From Podarcis melisellensis (taxonomy: Eukaryota), in the NCBI GenBank assembly GCA_964234715.1, contig OZ174282.1: DNA of 64,000 nucleotides, one strand, 5' to 3'. Below, one piece after another: positions 24,578 through 38,019 of this stretch (the stretch's first letter is position 1; every line of letters starts with the position of its first letter). The notes beneath the pieces are model-generated. The model was given only the letters and a program-made list of their open reading frames with translations. It ran no database searches and was not told where the DNA came from. The position numbers and the translations under genes were made by a program.

Positions 24578-25123
24578 TTGGGGTGGGGAATTTCAGGCCA
24601 AGGAGCAAAATATGGCCCTCCAAGCCTCTTTATCTGGCCTTTGAGATTTTCTCCAGCCACACCCCTCACCAGCCCTGCTCTGCACTGTCTTTGTGTGCTT
24701 TTGCCTGGCAGAAATAGGTCCCCGACATCTGATAGTACCTTAGGTTAAGAACTTAATTCATTCCAGAGGTCCGTTCTTAACCTGAAACTGTTCTTAACCT
24801 GAAGCACCACTTTAGCTAATGGGGCGGTCCCGCTGCCGCTGTGCTGCCAGAGCACAATTTCTGTTCTCATCCTGAAGAAAGTTCTTAACCCAAGGTACTA
24901 TTTCTGGGTTAGTGGAGTCTGTAACCTGAAGCGTATGTAACCTCAAGCATCTGTAACCCGAGGTACCACTGAGAAGTGTATGTGTAGAAACCTGCTTGCT
25001 GTACAAAGGTAAAAATGTGCCCTTATTGTTCCAGCCACCATTACCCCAAGCCCCACCTGACACTACATGTGGCTCCCAGAAGGGAATGTGACCCTTGAAC
25101 TGAAAAGCATTTCCTATTCCTTG
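24578..25123. mobile_element. Older hAT-like MITE hosting a family A MITE
   Basis: GGGGTGGGGAA...GGCCCTCC left part and GTGACCC...TTTCCTATTCCTTG right part; TSD not recognisable. Confidence 0.45.
24735..24971 (+). mobile_element. Family A MITE (left TIR clipped)
   Basis: Body highly similar to 19679-19890; ends GAGGTACCACTG. Confidence 0.88.
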
Positions 25124-25231
25124 CATATCTAGACGGCCAATTTCTAATGGTGCAAACCTATGAGTGTTTATTCAGAATTCAGTCCCATTTTGCTCATAGG
25201 CTGAACTATGAAATCAGACCAAGGTAGGAAG

Positions 25232-25390
25232 AACCTAGGAAGTTGTTTTACACCAACACAGACCCAATGATCCATCTTAGCTCAGAACTTTCTACACGAA
25301 CGGGCTGCGGCTCTCCAAGATTTCAGGCGGGGGACATTCCCAGCCCTGCATGATGACTGAACCGGGGACCTTGTGTAAAAGCAGACTAGA
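25232..25390 (-). mobile_element. Squam2-type SINE, diverged
   Basis: TCCATCTTAGCTCAG...CTCTCCAAGATTTCAGGC...CCCAGCCCTGC...GAACCGGGGACCTT. Confidence 0.65.
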
Positions 25391-25554
25391 AGTTTGCTTG
25401 CAAGATCAACCACACATTATTTAGACTTAATCTTGAAACTCAGTTAACCTTAGGATTTTAAGCATCAATATTTGCATTTATTTATTCATGCAATCTGTTT
25501 CTAACTCAACTTTAACCAGAACTAATATTAGATAGGATACAGAACTACAATATA

Positions 25555-25556
<2 letters not shown>

Positions 25557-25591
<35 letters not shown>
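25557..25591. repeat. (GT)17 microsatellite
   Basis: Direct read. Confidence 0.97.
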
Positions 25592-25594
<3 letters not shown>

Positions 25595-28023
25595 CTCCCA
25601 CCCCAAAACACAATGACAGTGATTCTTACTTGAAAGCAAGGAAGAGATATTTATTAAGGCTACTTGCAGATCAGGCTCAGCAGCAAGCATGAGGTCCAGA
25701 AGTCAAGATTCAAAGGTACATGAGCAAGGCAAGATATTCATAGCCAAACAGAAGAGACAGAGATGTCCTGAGACATCTCCTCTCATGCCAAGCTTTTAAA
25801 TGGAGAGTTGCCTCTGCATTTAATAAGGTAATTCCACACTACCACTGTATTCTCAGTCCATGCTTCTTTATTGTCATACATTCTTATTCTTTTTTACATT
25901 TCATGATTCCTAAAATAATGGTGATTGATGATTATTAAACACTGATTATATATTACATGATTTCGTTTCATTTACATTCCTAGGAATTTGGGTTGTGGTC
26001 AGTAACTTTATATGCTCAGCAAAGGTTCAATGAGCTCAGAGGTTTGGGAAACCCTGGATTATATGGCTGCTCAGTGTCTAGGACACCAGTGATGCTTGGG
26101 CTTGGGGAAGAGGAAAGCTTTATTTATTTAAAGCATCTCTATCCCTCTCTTTAACACATTGCAGCAAGCCAGCCTGTGCAACATCTTCTCAGATGTAAGC
26201 CCTGTCGACTTCAGTGGAACTTATTTCTAGGTTAGTATATTAAGATGGTAAACTGTGGCTGCAATCCTAGTTTCCTGAGAGTAAGTTCCACTGATTTCAC
26301 TAGGACTGAGTAAACATGCATAGGATAGGGTTATTCATTAGCTATGTGCTGGTTTATTCTAAGCATTTATAAACAGTTCCCGGATGGCTATATGGAGAAA
26401 TATAAAAGCAGCAGAAACTATTTGGCAAATATGAGGTGTCAGTTTAGAAGCTAAAAAGAGAAGGGAAGCCTGGGAAAACAAAAAGTTCTTTAGGGCAGTG
26501 AAGATCACCATCAAAAAGTTTCAATTATAAATAAACAAAAATGGAAAATCAACAATAGCAACAAAAACCAACCATAGCTATAACATCCCATCCTTGTGTT
26601 GGTTTGCATTAATGTCCACCGTGACACATAATCATTATTGTCATGCATATGGTAACCATCTACAAGTGGTGTAGGATTTCACTCAATTGTTCCAAAATTA
26701 AACGGAGAAAGTTCAACAAATAAGGCACACCTGAGGCTAAATCCATTTCCTCCAGCTTTATCTGCATAATTTCAACAAATCAAATGAACCCTGGTCTAAT
26801 ACCTTAGAACATATTTCAAGGCCTGCAAGCAGCTGGACTCATTTTCTAACCAGGTCTACAGTCTCCAATGTGAAAGCTTGTGGCCATCGCCTGCATACAA
26901 AGAGGCTGCCCAGGTTATTCAGCTATAGGTGCACACTGAACATGCACAGAGGCATTCTCACCTGCATTATAATATTTTCTGACTTTCAGATCTAAAGCAA
27001 GGGATATTCAGGAATGAGTTATTTGGCTTCAGCCAGAATGCAGGGACAATTAGGATTAAAGACTCTGCTCTATGAAGTGTAAGGTTTACTTAGGTTTAAG
27101 GCAGATGCTGTGGGCCTTCTTAGTCCAGATTAGAAGCAGGAGGCAGAAGGGTTTTCCCCCACCCACAATTACTGCAAGCAAGGAGTGGAATCAAAGCAGG
27201 GTACCCCTATACTCTCCTTTGGCCCACACAGGGAACAGAGGCTGTGCTGTGTTTTGCCTGCGGGGTTAACTCAGCCCCCTGCGGGGTTAACTCTGCCTTT
27301 GCTTCATCTTCGGTGGAGCTCAGAACCTCTTCCAGAAATTCGTTTGATGTAATTATTCCCTGCTTGATCTCACCATAGCCACATGCCCTAGGTTCTGTTT
27401 GCAGTTACCGCCTGAAGCCTCCTCTCAGCAGGGAATGACAGCAAAAATCCCATCTGCTCCAGCACTGCAAGGAATCCTCCATTTTCATTTTTATGTTTTA
27501 AACCTGGAGGAGATGTTACAAAACAGTATGTGCAATCCAGAGCCACCCAAGGAACTTGCTGGTGCCAGAGAAGCTGGCCATCTTCCCAGTGGATTGTGTC
27601 CTTAATTAATGAATCAACATAAACAGCAAACCACCAGGAAGACAGGCAACCAATGCAAGCAAGTCTGGGTGGTTAAGGAACAGCTTTGCTTGAAGTTATC
27701 AGGCTTTGAAGTGGATTTGGTGGTGGAGGAGCAGATAGCAAGATGGCATGGTATATGCAGAAATCAAAAACACAGATATGGTTAAAGGGGAAAGGACTAC
27801 ACTTCAGGAAGCACTTGTAAATGGGGATGAGGGAGGAAAGGCCTTGGAGCCAAGCTGTACACAGATCTCCCCATCAGAATCAACCTCACTTTAAAATTAG
27901 ATGAGGCCTCCATCTTTGGGGTGGCAGGGAGGGAGAAGGGTGGCAGTGACCCACTGGCAGCATCTCCTGCACAGAGCCTCATCAAAGTGAGCATCACAAT
28001 TTGGGGCCTCTTCACAGAGGCGC

Positions 28024-28205
28024 ATATAAAGTTGCCTTATCTCAAGTCAGACCCTTATCCATCTAGTTCCATACTGTCTATACTGAGAGGCAATGGCTCT
28101 CTCTGAGGTGTCAGAGAACAGCCATTCCTAACCCTACCTGGAGATGCCAGGATTTGAACCTAGGACCTTCTGTGTGCAAAGCAGATGCTCTACCACTGAG
28201 CCAGA
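28024..28205 (-). mobile_element. Squam2-type SINE
   Basis: CCCTACCTGGAGATGCCAGGATTTGAACCTAGGACCTTCTG...AGCAGATGCTCTACCACTGAGC. Confidence 0.85.
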
Positions 28206-28589
28206 CTCCCCACCCCCAATCAGATTGAGTTTTACTGAGTCTGCTTCTGGACTCTCAACTTCTACAAGACACTTTGCTCTAGCTGTCCCTTGAAAACTAC
28301 ACTTGGAACAATTCCCTTGGATTCAGGATTTTTCCAAGAGCAGCTGTTAAAAGTCCTTTCTTTGCATGCATTCCTGGGCACATCCCCTATAGTGTTATAT
28401 ACCCAGGGGGAACTAACCAAAAAACGCTCCTGTTTATAATCCACAAGACATCCTTCTGTTTGTTATCCAAATCTGCAATTCATATTCAGTGGCCCAATCC
28501 TGTTCCTGATCATTCTGGGCTTCATTGGATTGTTAGAGTTGGCATTGTTAAGAGAAAAGGGAAAAATCCCACATCTGACTCAAGAATTT

Positions 28590-28592
<3 letters not shown>

Positions 28593-28654
<62 letters not shown>
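28593..28654. repeat. (GA)31 microsatellite
   Basis: Direct read. Confidence 0.97.
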
Positions 28655-28656
<2 letters not shown>

Positions 28657-29039
28657 CAAATTAACTTCTTCTTATCCTGGGAACTTTCATAGCAACAGGA
28701 ATTCTGAATCTGCTAGGAGTATTTATGGATCCGATGCTTCAATCACTTTCTGCCAGCAAAGCAGAAAGATACTAGCTCATATTGAAGTGGTGCTGGGAGA
28801 AAGCGTGGAGTGTTCCTCTGCTTTCACAATCACACATATTTTTATTTGCTTGAGGTTGTTGGTAACTGTTGCTTAGAGGAGGGCCAGGCACCATCCCCCA
28901 GACCTCTCTTTCCTCTATCAGCCCTAAGGCAAGCTGGGCAGATGTTCAGAATCCACAGTCAGTTTTACCCAGAGGCCATTCAAGATGCCAGGATGATACA
29001 AACTTGCATTCAGAGCCATTGTGAACCCTTTTATTTTCC

Positions 29040-29044
<5 letters not shown>

Positions 29045-29105
<61 letters not shown>
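29045..29105. repeat. (AG)30 microsatellite
   Basis: Direct read. Confidence 0.97.
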
Positions 29106-29109
<4 letters not shown>

Positions 29110-30089
29110 AACTGATGGACAGACAGAGAGAGCGAACCAGCTAACAACCAGAATAAAATGTCACTGGATTCACCATGCCACAGTTTTGCAACTGGCACTT
29201 GAGAGGACCACATCTACAGGGAAAGCCCAGAACCATGTTTGTCTACAGTGCCAAAGGTACAGATCTTGTGAAGGAAGATGGGTTGTTTGGTTACTTGCAT
29301 ACAAATATGGAGGTGGAGGCTGGAATATGGATTCTTTCTGATCCTCAGGTTGGCCTGAAAATCAAAGAGGATGAAACTTCCACTTGTAGAATCATGAACG
29401 TTAGGTGAACCGACTCTGCGCGTATAGAGAAAACACAGAATTCTTATAAGACGCTATTGGCATAATAAAAAATTCTGCAATGAGGCCTTCACATTACAAA
29501 AATATATGAAAACTGGCCGCATCCATCCCATCCCTTACCAGACAGGATCCATTCATGCATAGGAGTACACCAGATTCCTCCTAATTCCTCCTCATGAGAT
29601 TGTCCCAAGAAAATAAATCTCATGAGTTATCTGTTAGGATGTTTGCCTCCACAAATCCACTGTATTTGTGGAGGGATAAGTGACCCTCCCACTTACCACA
29701 ACCCTAGCAGATTTCTGCCAGGCTTCCCAGAAGGCCTGTGAAAGGCTTCCCCTTATGCGCAAAAGGGCCTGTTGCTTCAGCAGAGCTATAAAGTTCTATT
29801 GGCATTATTTCAACTTAAAGACATTGTGCTCTAGATAGAATGAACGCAAGGCAGGTGTGCCAAAAGCCACCGGAAGATCACAGCCTCCAGCTTCCTGACA
29901 TAATTCATTGGGGGAGATGCCTCCTCTCAAAGAGCTCAGCTCCCACCTTCCACTGCTGCTTCAACATCAAAACATAATGATGCATTTGCTTCCTCTCCAA
30001 CAAGTCAACTGCTCTGTTGTTGCCTTGGCAGTTCTGCCATTTCATGTTGGCCACGAGCTTGACTTCACCCCGAAAATGAACCTGTGTTC

Positions 30090-30573
30090 TAAGGATGGCT
30101 GAATCTGTCAGTTTCAGTTTCTTTGTTTCTCGTTTTTTTCTGATTTTAAGTTCAGTTCTTCACATTCCCACAGCAAGGAATTTAGATTCTTTTTTAAAAA
30201 AATATTTTAGAAAAAAATCCTCATGGAAATTTGTCAGAATTTTACTGTGAATTTCCCTAAAAATTCACTTTCCTGAATTTTGTAACACAGTTCTCCAGCC
30301 AAGTAATGTGTACAGAAAGGCATACATTAAGGTTCAATGTGCATTAAGTTTCAATGTGCATAAAAATGCATATTAGTGCATATTACTAATATATTAGTGA
30401 AAAGGACAATTCAGAAAAGCATTATATTAAAAAAAACTGCAAAAAATGTGCATTTTAGGCTCCATTCACACTACAATGCTTACAAATATTCATGAGGACA
30501 TTCCCCCCCCCAAAAAAAACAAATGCACAAACAGAGGTGGAGAAACTGAAATTGACAGATTAGCCCATCCCTA
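30090..30573. mobile_element. hAT-Ac-like non-autonomous element with ~32-bp TIRs
   Basis: TAAGGATGGCTGAATCTGTCAGTTTCAGTTTC / GAAACTGAAATTGACAGATTAGCCCATCCCTA; TSD eroded. Confidence 0.75.
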
Positions 30574-30659
30574 TGCATGTCTCTATAAAGAAAGCCAGGC
30601 TGCATTTTGCTGGGCGTGGTGGTGGGAGAAACATGAACATTTGGGAGGGACCCTGCATT

Positions 30660-30845
30660 CGTTATCTGAAGGGGCCCTCTTGGGTCTCCCATCTACCTGA
30701 AATTAAGTAGGTGATGTCTGGAAAGAGACGCTGTTCAGCAATAGCATCTCTTGCCCTATGGAATGCCCTCTTCAGGGAGGCTTCCTTGGCGCAACTGTGG
30801 TTTTATTCCAGGAAGGACATTTTTATTTGCCTATGCATTCCAGCA
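30660..30845 (+). mobile_element. L2 LINE 3' fragment, old
   Basis: TTCAGC...CTATGGAATGCCCTC (LWNAL motif)...TTTATTTGCCTATGCATT. Confidence 0.55.
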
Positions 30846-33800
30846 TGTAATGGGAGTGGGTGTTAACACTGTTTTATCTGCTTTGTTTATTTTATTTTAT
30901 TGCTGTCTCGATTGAACCACATCTGTTTTAATTGCAGTTTTACACACTGCTGTTTTATCACTGTTATGCCCTGCAGCCTAAAACATTTCTTATATAAACT
31001 AGCATTTATATAGAAGGTTTCAGAGTTCTCAGCACATTTCACACACATCGTCACAGTAATCTTCAAACTTGCCACTTCTGTTGGGCCAGTATCCCCATAT
31101 TACAGAAAGAGAAGACTGAGGCTGGGAGAAAACAGCCTTGCTAAACCTAAATAGGCAGTTTTGGAACCAGAGAATGTAAACTTAACCGTGGCAATGTGAT
31201 CACTCTCAACATCTGTTGCAGTGGGGAAATATCTGAATTTATTTGTGGTTGGTTTTCTTTATTTCATTTAAAAAGGCATACCCTGCTTTGGGACCATCTG
31301 GCTCCCAAAGCTCCTTACAAAAAAACAAAAACATAAAAAAATCCATTTGTTGCTGTTGTTTTAAAAACTATTAAACTATTATTAAACAGGTCTGTAAAAA
31401 AGAACACCTTGTTTTCTGCCAGCTTTTGAATAAAAGGATAAAACCTACACAGTGGGTGCAAACATCCATAAAAACAAACTTTAAGTTAATAAAAATGGCT
31501 ACAGGAGGATAATAATAACAGAGCAAAATAACAATGGCAAACTCAGCAGCCATGAAAACCGCAATAGCTTTGGAACGCTCCTGTGAGATTCTGATGCACG
31601 GACAGAGTGTTCGTCTAGTTCTCTCCTAGGCAAAGAAATTCATCTACAACACAGTACAAGAAATCTCCACAGTGCCCATGGAGAGATTTGACGTGATCTG
31701 TGAAAGGTAATATGGCAACTGCCCCATGTGCGATGCTCCACGCATGCTAGAGCATTTTGACTTGTGAATCAAGTCAACTCTCTGAAATAGATCGGACAAA
31801 TCTTACATGGGAGATTCTTGAATGTGGGTTGGAGCAAATGCTGGTCCTACTCAGAGTTAGATCCACTGAAATTAATAGACATGGCTAATCATTAGTTTCA
31901 CTGGGTCTATTCTGTGTAGAGGTTAGCTGGATACGGCCCTGTGGCTATTTTGACCTTGTGAATTAATTAACAGCGGTTGTTACTGAGCAAAATCTGCTAG
32001 GTTCCGAACTGGCGGCATTTCCCCCGGCAGAAACTTCGAAGCTTACCCTGGATCAGATTTCACAGGTTAAAACTCTGCCATAAGCACGACTTATAACCAA
32101 AACTCTCCTTGTCAAAAGCCCCCATCACCCTCATTCCTAAATATTACTTTTATTGAGTGTCTGGATGAAGAAGACCCCCAAAAGTCCATCCTCCCGCCTT
32201 TTAAACAGAAATTTGCTTAAAGTCATCTGGCACGGTTCGCTTTTGCTCTGAGGACAGAAGCCATCAAACCTTCCTCACCACAATGAAAAGTTTGGAACAT
32301 CTAATGTGGCGATGAGGGCAGCCCACACCGGAGGGAGCTGGGCAGCAGGTAGAACTACTCCTACAGGAACTGCACGGTAATGATTTGGAGGTGTCCAAAG
32401 GTGCAGTTTAGGTGGGGATGAAAAGAAACATCCTGATGGATTGCAATCTAGTGTATGGATCAGAGGCAGCTTCCGGGTTCAAAGAAACTGAACCCAGACA
32501 AAAGCTTATGATGGAACAAATGTGGTAGTCTTGAAGTGCTGTAAGGCTCTTAATAATACTTCCAAACGGTCACTATTTGGAGCTGGGATTCAATCACATA
32601 CAGGGAAATTCAGGTTGCAGAATTATGGTTGATTGGGAAGTCTTCCACAATGGAACCCACTTTCCCCAAATGTGGCTGTTTTTGTTGTTTGTTTTGCAAT
32701 AAGGAAAGTGACAGAAAAAGGCCTCGGGAAATGTGCGATAATACAATGTCATCTATGCTTCCCGCCAAAAAAAAGAGTGAATGCTCATTAAATAGTCAAT
32801 ATCACTTAATCTCCATGCAAAGAAGCCAGAATAAATGCTTAATAAACAGGTTTCCTGGAACCACCCTTAATCTGTTGCAGTAGAAACAACAAGCGTGTCC
32901 ACCTCTTTGGAAGTTGCATTAATGTGGTTATATCGTGCATATTTCCCATTGTCTCCCCACTGGACCGTGCGTCAAATCCTGCTGCCATAGGAATGGCAAG
33001 TAACTTCCATTTTTTAATAGAAAAATATTAATCCCAGTCACCACCTCCAAAATCCCTCCTAAGTAACTGGCAATGCTATATTATTAAAAGTTTATATTTG
33101 AAATGCCTTTACTAGCAACAACACATCAGATATAGCCTCATCAATTGCAGGTGGTGGAGTCTGATTTTCTCTCTCTTCAAAGCAAACAAAAGTTTCCATA
33201 GCGTGTTTAGACCCTGCAATTGAGTAACACTTTTATTAAAAACAAAAGTTTCCCTGTATACAAAAATCAGATATCAGCTCATAACTCTTACAAGCACATG
33301 TTCTTTTTAAGGAATGTTAATATCTAAACACTGTCTGCCCAATGCACCATCACAAACTGTTTGGAAATAAAATTATTTGTATGCTTTATGGCAACTATAA
33401 TAAAATAGCCTGTTTGATAAGATCTATAAAAAGCAAAATAGTTTGTTTGTTTTTGTAAGTGTTTAACAATTTGTTATTTTGAATAGCAATATTGCAAATG
33501 GTTTCCTAAAATATATTCACTTGCTGCCCTGAAGAGATGCTATCTTGATTTCAAAAGGGGTTGTTTTTCTTTTTTCCTAAGCACTGACAAGCAATGGGAA
33601 CCTCGAAAAATAATAAAACAAGGAATTTTAATAAATACATTCAAAATGCTCAGGGTTCCCCAAAGGGTTAATGCAAGCTAATTGAAAAGCGGAATCCTTG
33701 GCAGCCGTCCAGGCCACAGTTACACATGCCTGGTGAACTTAAGCATATCCATTTAATTAACACATAGGTGTGGGTTAAATGGCACGCTTCTTGTTGGTAC

Positions 33801-35764
33801 ATTTTTGCTTCACAAGCTTAAGTGGCAGAAAATGCACGCCTGCAGAAAGGGAATGTCTAGTGAGGTACGGTAATCTAGGAAATGAAAAGTGCTGCAGAGT
33901 TTTCTTTGAAAGCATCTGTGCTCTGCTGGCTTTAGCACGCAGACAGTGGGCTGGATCCAGACACAGTAAGCTGAATTTAAAGCCCCGTTGAAACCCATGG
34001 GGCAAAAGTTAGCTGCAACTCAAGTCTCCTTGATTTCAGTAGGAACTAAGTGCAACTAAATTGGCCTGCACCCATTGAGCCCAATCCGTCCATCAATAGC
34101 TTCTCCTGCTCGTGGGAATGAATGGCACCCCTGCTGTGCTCTAGCCCATTAATTGCAACGGAGCTTGCAGAGAAGAAGGTCCCTGAGGGATTGGCTCCCT
34201 TGACATGAATGAAAACATTTTCTTTGGCTTTTAACCCCTGAACTGAACTATTAACCCTGCAGCACTTTTTAAGAAAGGAAAGGGGGAGGGGGGAGAAAAC
34301 GGGAAGAGAGAAGTGATTTTACAGTTCTCCATTTCATGCATGCAGTGCACATTAACAGGAAAGTCTATTTAAAAAAACAAAACCTCAGACGGGATACAGA
34401 TGCGTATTTCCGAGGACCTGTTAAATTCCTGGTATTTATTCCCAAGAGGTAACACAAGCTAATTTCCAAATCTGCAACATACAAACCAGATTTTAATTAC
34501 CTTTCTGGTCTATTTCCTTGATGCGCTCCCTTCTGAAGTACAGAGTGGGGATTCCCCCCTGACTGTCTGGCATGGGAGTTAATTCCCCTACCTGCTGAGG
34601 CTTAGCGGATAACATCAGTGAGCGGTGCTCCTTCGCCCGGTGTTGCCTTACAGAACCCACGGGGCTTCTTTTGCAGCAGGGGTAGATTTCCAGGTGCACA
34701 GCTTATGGGGAGCCTTGCCGCTTGCAGATTTTTACTTTTTTATTTTAAAAAATATACAAAAACATTCAGAGCAGCTCACCCCAGGCCGTTCCACAATCCA
34801 CCCAGCAACGGTGAGGAGCTCTTCCTTCCAAAACAATGCTCCCACTTCCCTCTGTTTTGCAGACCCACATTCTCCCTTTTGCCTGGTGCTATTCCCTCCC
34901 TGCGACAGCCTTCAGGACTGGGGGAAAGCACTCAGATTCTGGAGAGAGAGAGATCACTGGGTTAAAAAGCACCGGAGTCCAGGTTTCCGAGAAGGCAGGG
35001 AGTCTCTCCCCATGGCAGGCTTCTGCCCATCGCTCTTTTGCAGGGCAGCCCACCTGCAGCCATCCTTCCACAGGTCCTACAGTGTGACCGTCGTCCTCGT
35101 CCTCAGAGGAAGAGGCATGAAAAAGCCTCTCTGGTGTCTGCTGATGACTTCACCTCATTAGCATGCTTCTGATAGTTCCCTCAGACTGTCTTTTCTGCTT
35201 TCTTTTTTTAAACTGACTTTAAGACTCTCTGCTAATCAAAATTCTGGAGTGCTTAACCATTTCCTCACTCTGAGAGGAGAGGCAAAATTCCAGTGAGGTG
35301 AGCAGAAGGGAGCATTGGGTGAAGGTGGGGAGAAGAACACAAGAGTGAAAGCTCCAGCTCCAGCACATGGGCCAAGAGCAATAAATTCTATCAATGTCCA
35401 TGGCTCATCGCCTGGAAACATATTCCTAACCCAAAGGTGGCTGAAATGAGACAGGGGCAGACTGGTGCTAGACTATGTTCTGGGGCCTTGCGTCGTAACT
35501 CTTTGACCCGTGCACTCTTACTGCATTTCTAGCATGGAGATGCCAAAATTAGTCCCTTCCCGGCAGGCCGATCAGGCTTTTGAATGTTCATAGTCAGCCG
35601 TGTGGCCACTGAAAACCAGTCGTGGAGGTAGAACATGGACATTGTGACAAGTACACATTGACAGCCTTATCATCCATTCTATAGTAGCCTTGCCACTAAT
35701 CCAGCTCTTGCTGGTGGGGTTCCCCCAAATTCAAGGAGGGACTATGTCAAAGTAACTTTGAACA

Positions 35765-36150
35765 CGGAAGTTCTTAGGTTCAATTACCAACATCTCAGGC
35801 AGGGCTGGGAAAGACACCACCACCACCACCACCCCGCTTGAAACCCTGGCAGGTCTAGCCCAAAACATTTTGCTACTCTGGGGTGAAGGACAATATCATT
35901 CAATGTGCAGAAGCCAACTGGGCTGGTAGTTCAATCTCAGTCCAATACCCAAAGGCAGCAGGACAGATAATGTGGCACACACAGCCCTGCCCTCAAACAG
36001 ACGGGTACAGCCAAAGTGCTCCGGAGAAACAGCCGGGAGGTCAGCACTCCCAGTTGGTGTCACCTGAGGCAGTCACCTCACTCTGTCTAAAGGAAGGGCT
36101 GGCCCTGATCCCAGGAAAAGCCTTGCTAGATGGAACAATGTTCTGGCTCT
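35765..36150 (+). mobile_element. Squam2-type SINE interrupted by a hAT MITE
   Basis: AGGTTCAAT...CAGGGCTGGGAAAGAC...TGAAACCCTGG [hAT] ...GCTAGATGGAACAATGTTCTG. Confidence 0.65.
35850..36107. mobile_element. hAT MITE (CAGGGCCGGCCC-type ends)
   Basis: CAGGTCTAGCCC / GGGCTGGCCCTG; degenerate 8-bp TSD AACCCTGG / ATCCCAGG. Confidence 0.7.
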
Positions 36151-36611
36151 GTTCCCAGCCCACTGCCCACAGCTCCAGCTGACAGGTAATAGTCTGAATG
36201 CCTCTGGATACCCCACTCATCCTGACTTGACATGTCACTTGTCAACATAGAGGGTTTCCTGACTTCCAAAGGAGCAATTTCTAATGAGATGACACATCCC
36301 ATGAGAGGCCAGAGGAAACTTCTGAATATTTTAATCAACCCTGGAGAGAGGAATCAATTGAAGAATGATAGAATGGAAAAGATTTTGGGTCCTGCATAAA
36401 TACAGATCCCTCTTCCCTTTTTCAGGGTGTCTTTATCCACCTATGGAAACCAGCTCTCCTTATGCTTTAGGAAGTAGAACTCAGGAAAATTACAGGATAT
36501 CCCACCATTGCATCAGCAAAATGCTCTTTAAACAGATGCTGCTGTGGATTCTGCCCCCCCCCCCACATGGCTGTAACATTCAAAGCTTGGAGCTGAAAGG
36601 CCATGACCAAT

Positions 36612-36950
36612 GTGGCACTCACAACAGGGCCTTCTTGTTGGTGGCTCTCCATTTGTGGAATGCCCTCCTTGGCGAAGTGTGTCTGCCTCCCTTGTTATTA
36701 ACATTCAGGAAGAATTTAAAAACATTCCTGTTCACCCAGGCATTTGATGGCTGAAACATACCACTGCTGATAACCTGCAAATTATGAGCTGCGAGAGAGA
36801 CTGTTTAAAAATGTTTTGAGATGCCCTTTGATGTTTTAAAAAGTTTTAAATGTGTTTTCATTTTATGTTTAATTATTTTGCTACTTTTGTTTGCTAAGCT
36901 CCTTTGGAAAGGAAGGGTGGAATAGAAATTTAATCAAGAATAAATCAATA
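36612..36950 (+). mobile_element. L2 LINE 3' end
   Basis: Translates THNRAFLLVALHLWNALLGEV...FRKNLKTFLFTQAF (L2 ORF2 C-terminus), then a T-rich UTR and an AATAAA tail. Confidence 0.8.
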
Positions 36951-37469
36951 GAAACATGCATCATTAACATGAAAGTGTTGCCCATCCCAGTATCGGGAGG
37001 GGGGCAATGATCCAATGCTGTGCAGTTGCAGACATTTAAACGTGACAGCCATGCCACAGCATCAAGGCCATGTGTCACACCACATGGCTGCAACAGTTAA
37101 AATGTCCTTGAATGTGATCCAAGACGGCACTCAGCACTCCAGCTTTTAAATTGTGTGTAAACAGTACAGATGTATGGAATGCCCTCTTGAAACATCCCCT
37201 CCAGGAGTATCACATGTTGTTCGCTTTTATTTGCATCATGTGGATTAGATAGATTTTGATTTCTCCCCCACCTGGTTAGAGAACAGTGGTCAAATCACGT
37301 TTTCCACAAGATGCAATTTCTAGCTCTAAATCTGATTCAACATCCCCCTAATCTTTTTTCTTTTCTTTTTTAAGAACACTCAGCAGCTATGAAAGGTCAA
37401 CAAAAAGGGGTAAACAAAAAGGACCACGCCTTGCGAAGAAACGCAGATGGCAAACTCTATCCCTATGTC

Positions 37470-37634
37470 CAGTGGCAGAGCTTCATGGGGGGGGGCAGAG
37501 AGTAGGCAGGGGCAGGGCTGGCACACATCCTGGGGGCGCCCAGCGCAGGCGGGGGGCAGCCACGATGGCACCCAGCTGGGATTGCACTGCCGGGGGCGGT
37601 ACGCTCCCCCCGCACCTCTCTTCCTCCGCCAGTG
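37470..37634. mobile_element. GC-rich hAT MITE (Tip100-like ends)
   Basis: CAGTGGCAGAG / CTCCGCCAGTG; 8-bp TSD CCTATGTC / CCTAAATC (2 mismatches). Confidence 0.75.
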
Positions 37635-37962
37635 CCTAAATCCTCTCTAGCAACCCTGTTACAGAACATTAATATGGCAACTTCCAGAAAGAAGTGGGAG
37701 AATATTTCAGTCAGGGGCACTCTGTTGCTGATCCAAATGACACCAAGAGAACTTTGGCAGGAGATGCCAATTTAAACTTCTGAAGAGCACTTTATCACTA
37801 AATTTGATTATATTTGTTTGAAGGGTAATCAGGACTAGGGGTTCTGAGCTAAAAAAAGAAAACCCTCCCAAAAAAACCTTTACCCTGTTTACAGACAGAG
37901 GAGGAGATTTGGCCAAATATTCATCAACGGAAGGTAGAATTCTCTAACAATCAGGGATATGG

Positions 37963-37965
<3 letters not shown>

Positions 37966-38015
<50 letters not shown>
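37966..38015. repeat. (AT)25 microsatellite
   Basis: Direct read. Confidence 0.97.

Positions 38016-38019
<4 letters not shown>

Noticed and set aside
27257-27297. 21-bp tandem duplication CCTGCGGGGTTAACTC(A/T)GCC
   Set aside because: Real but an ordinary slippage duplication with no sign of function
28460-29341. RE-repeat ORFs (also poly-Y at 11933 and poly-N at 48143)
   Set aside because: Translation artefacts of microsatellites
32478-32552. Second Penelope-like remnant as another hammerhead
   Set aside because: Layout is similar (AAAGCTTATG...TAGTCTTGAAGTGC) but the CUGANGA and GAAA cores and helix II are destroyed
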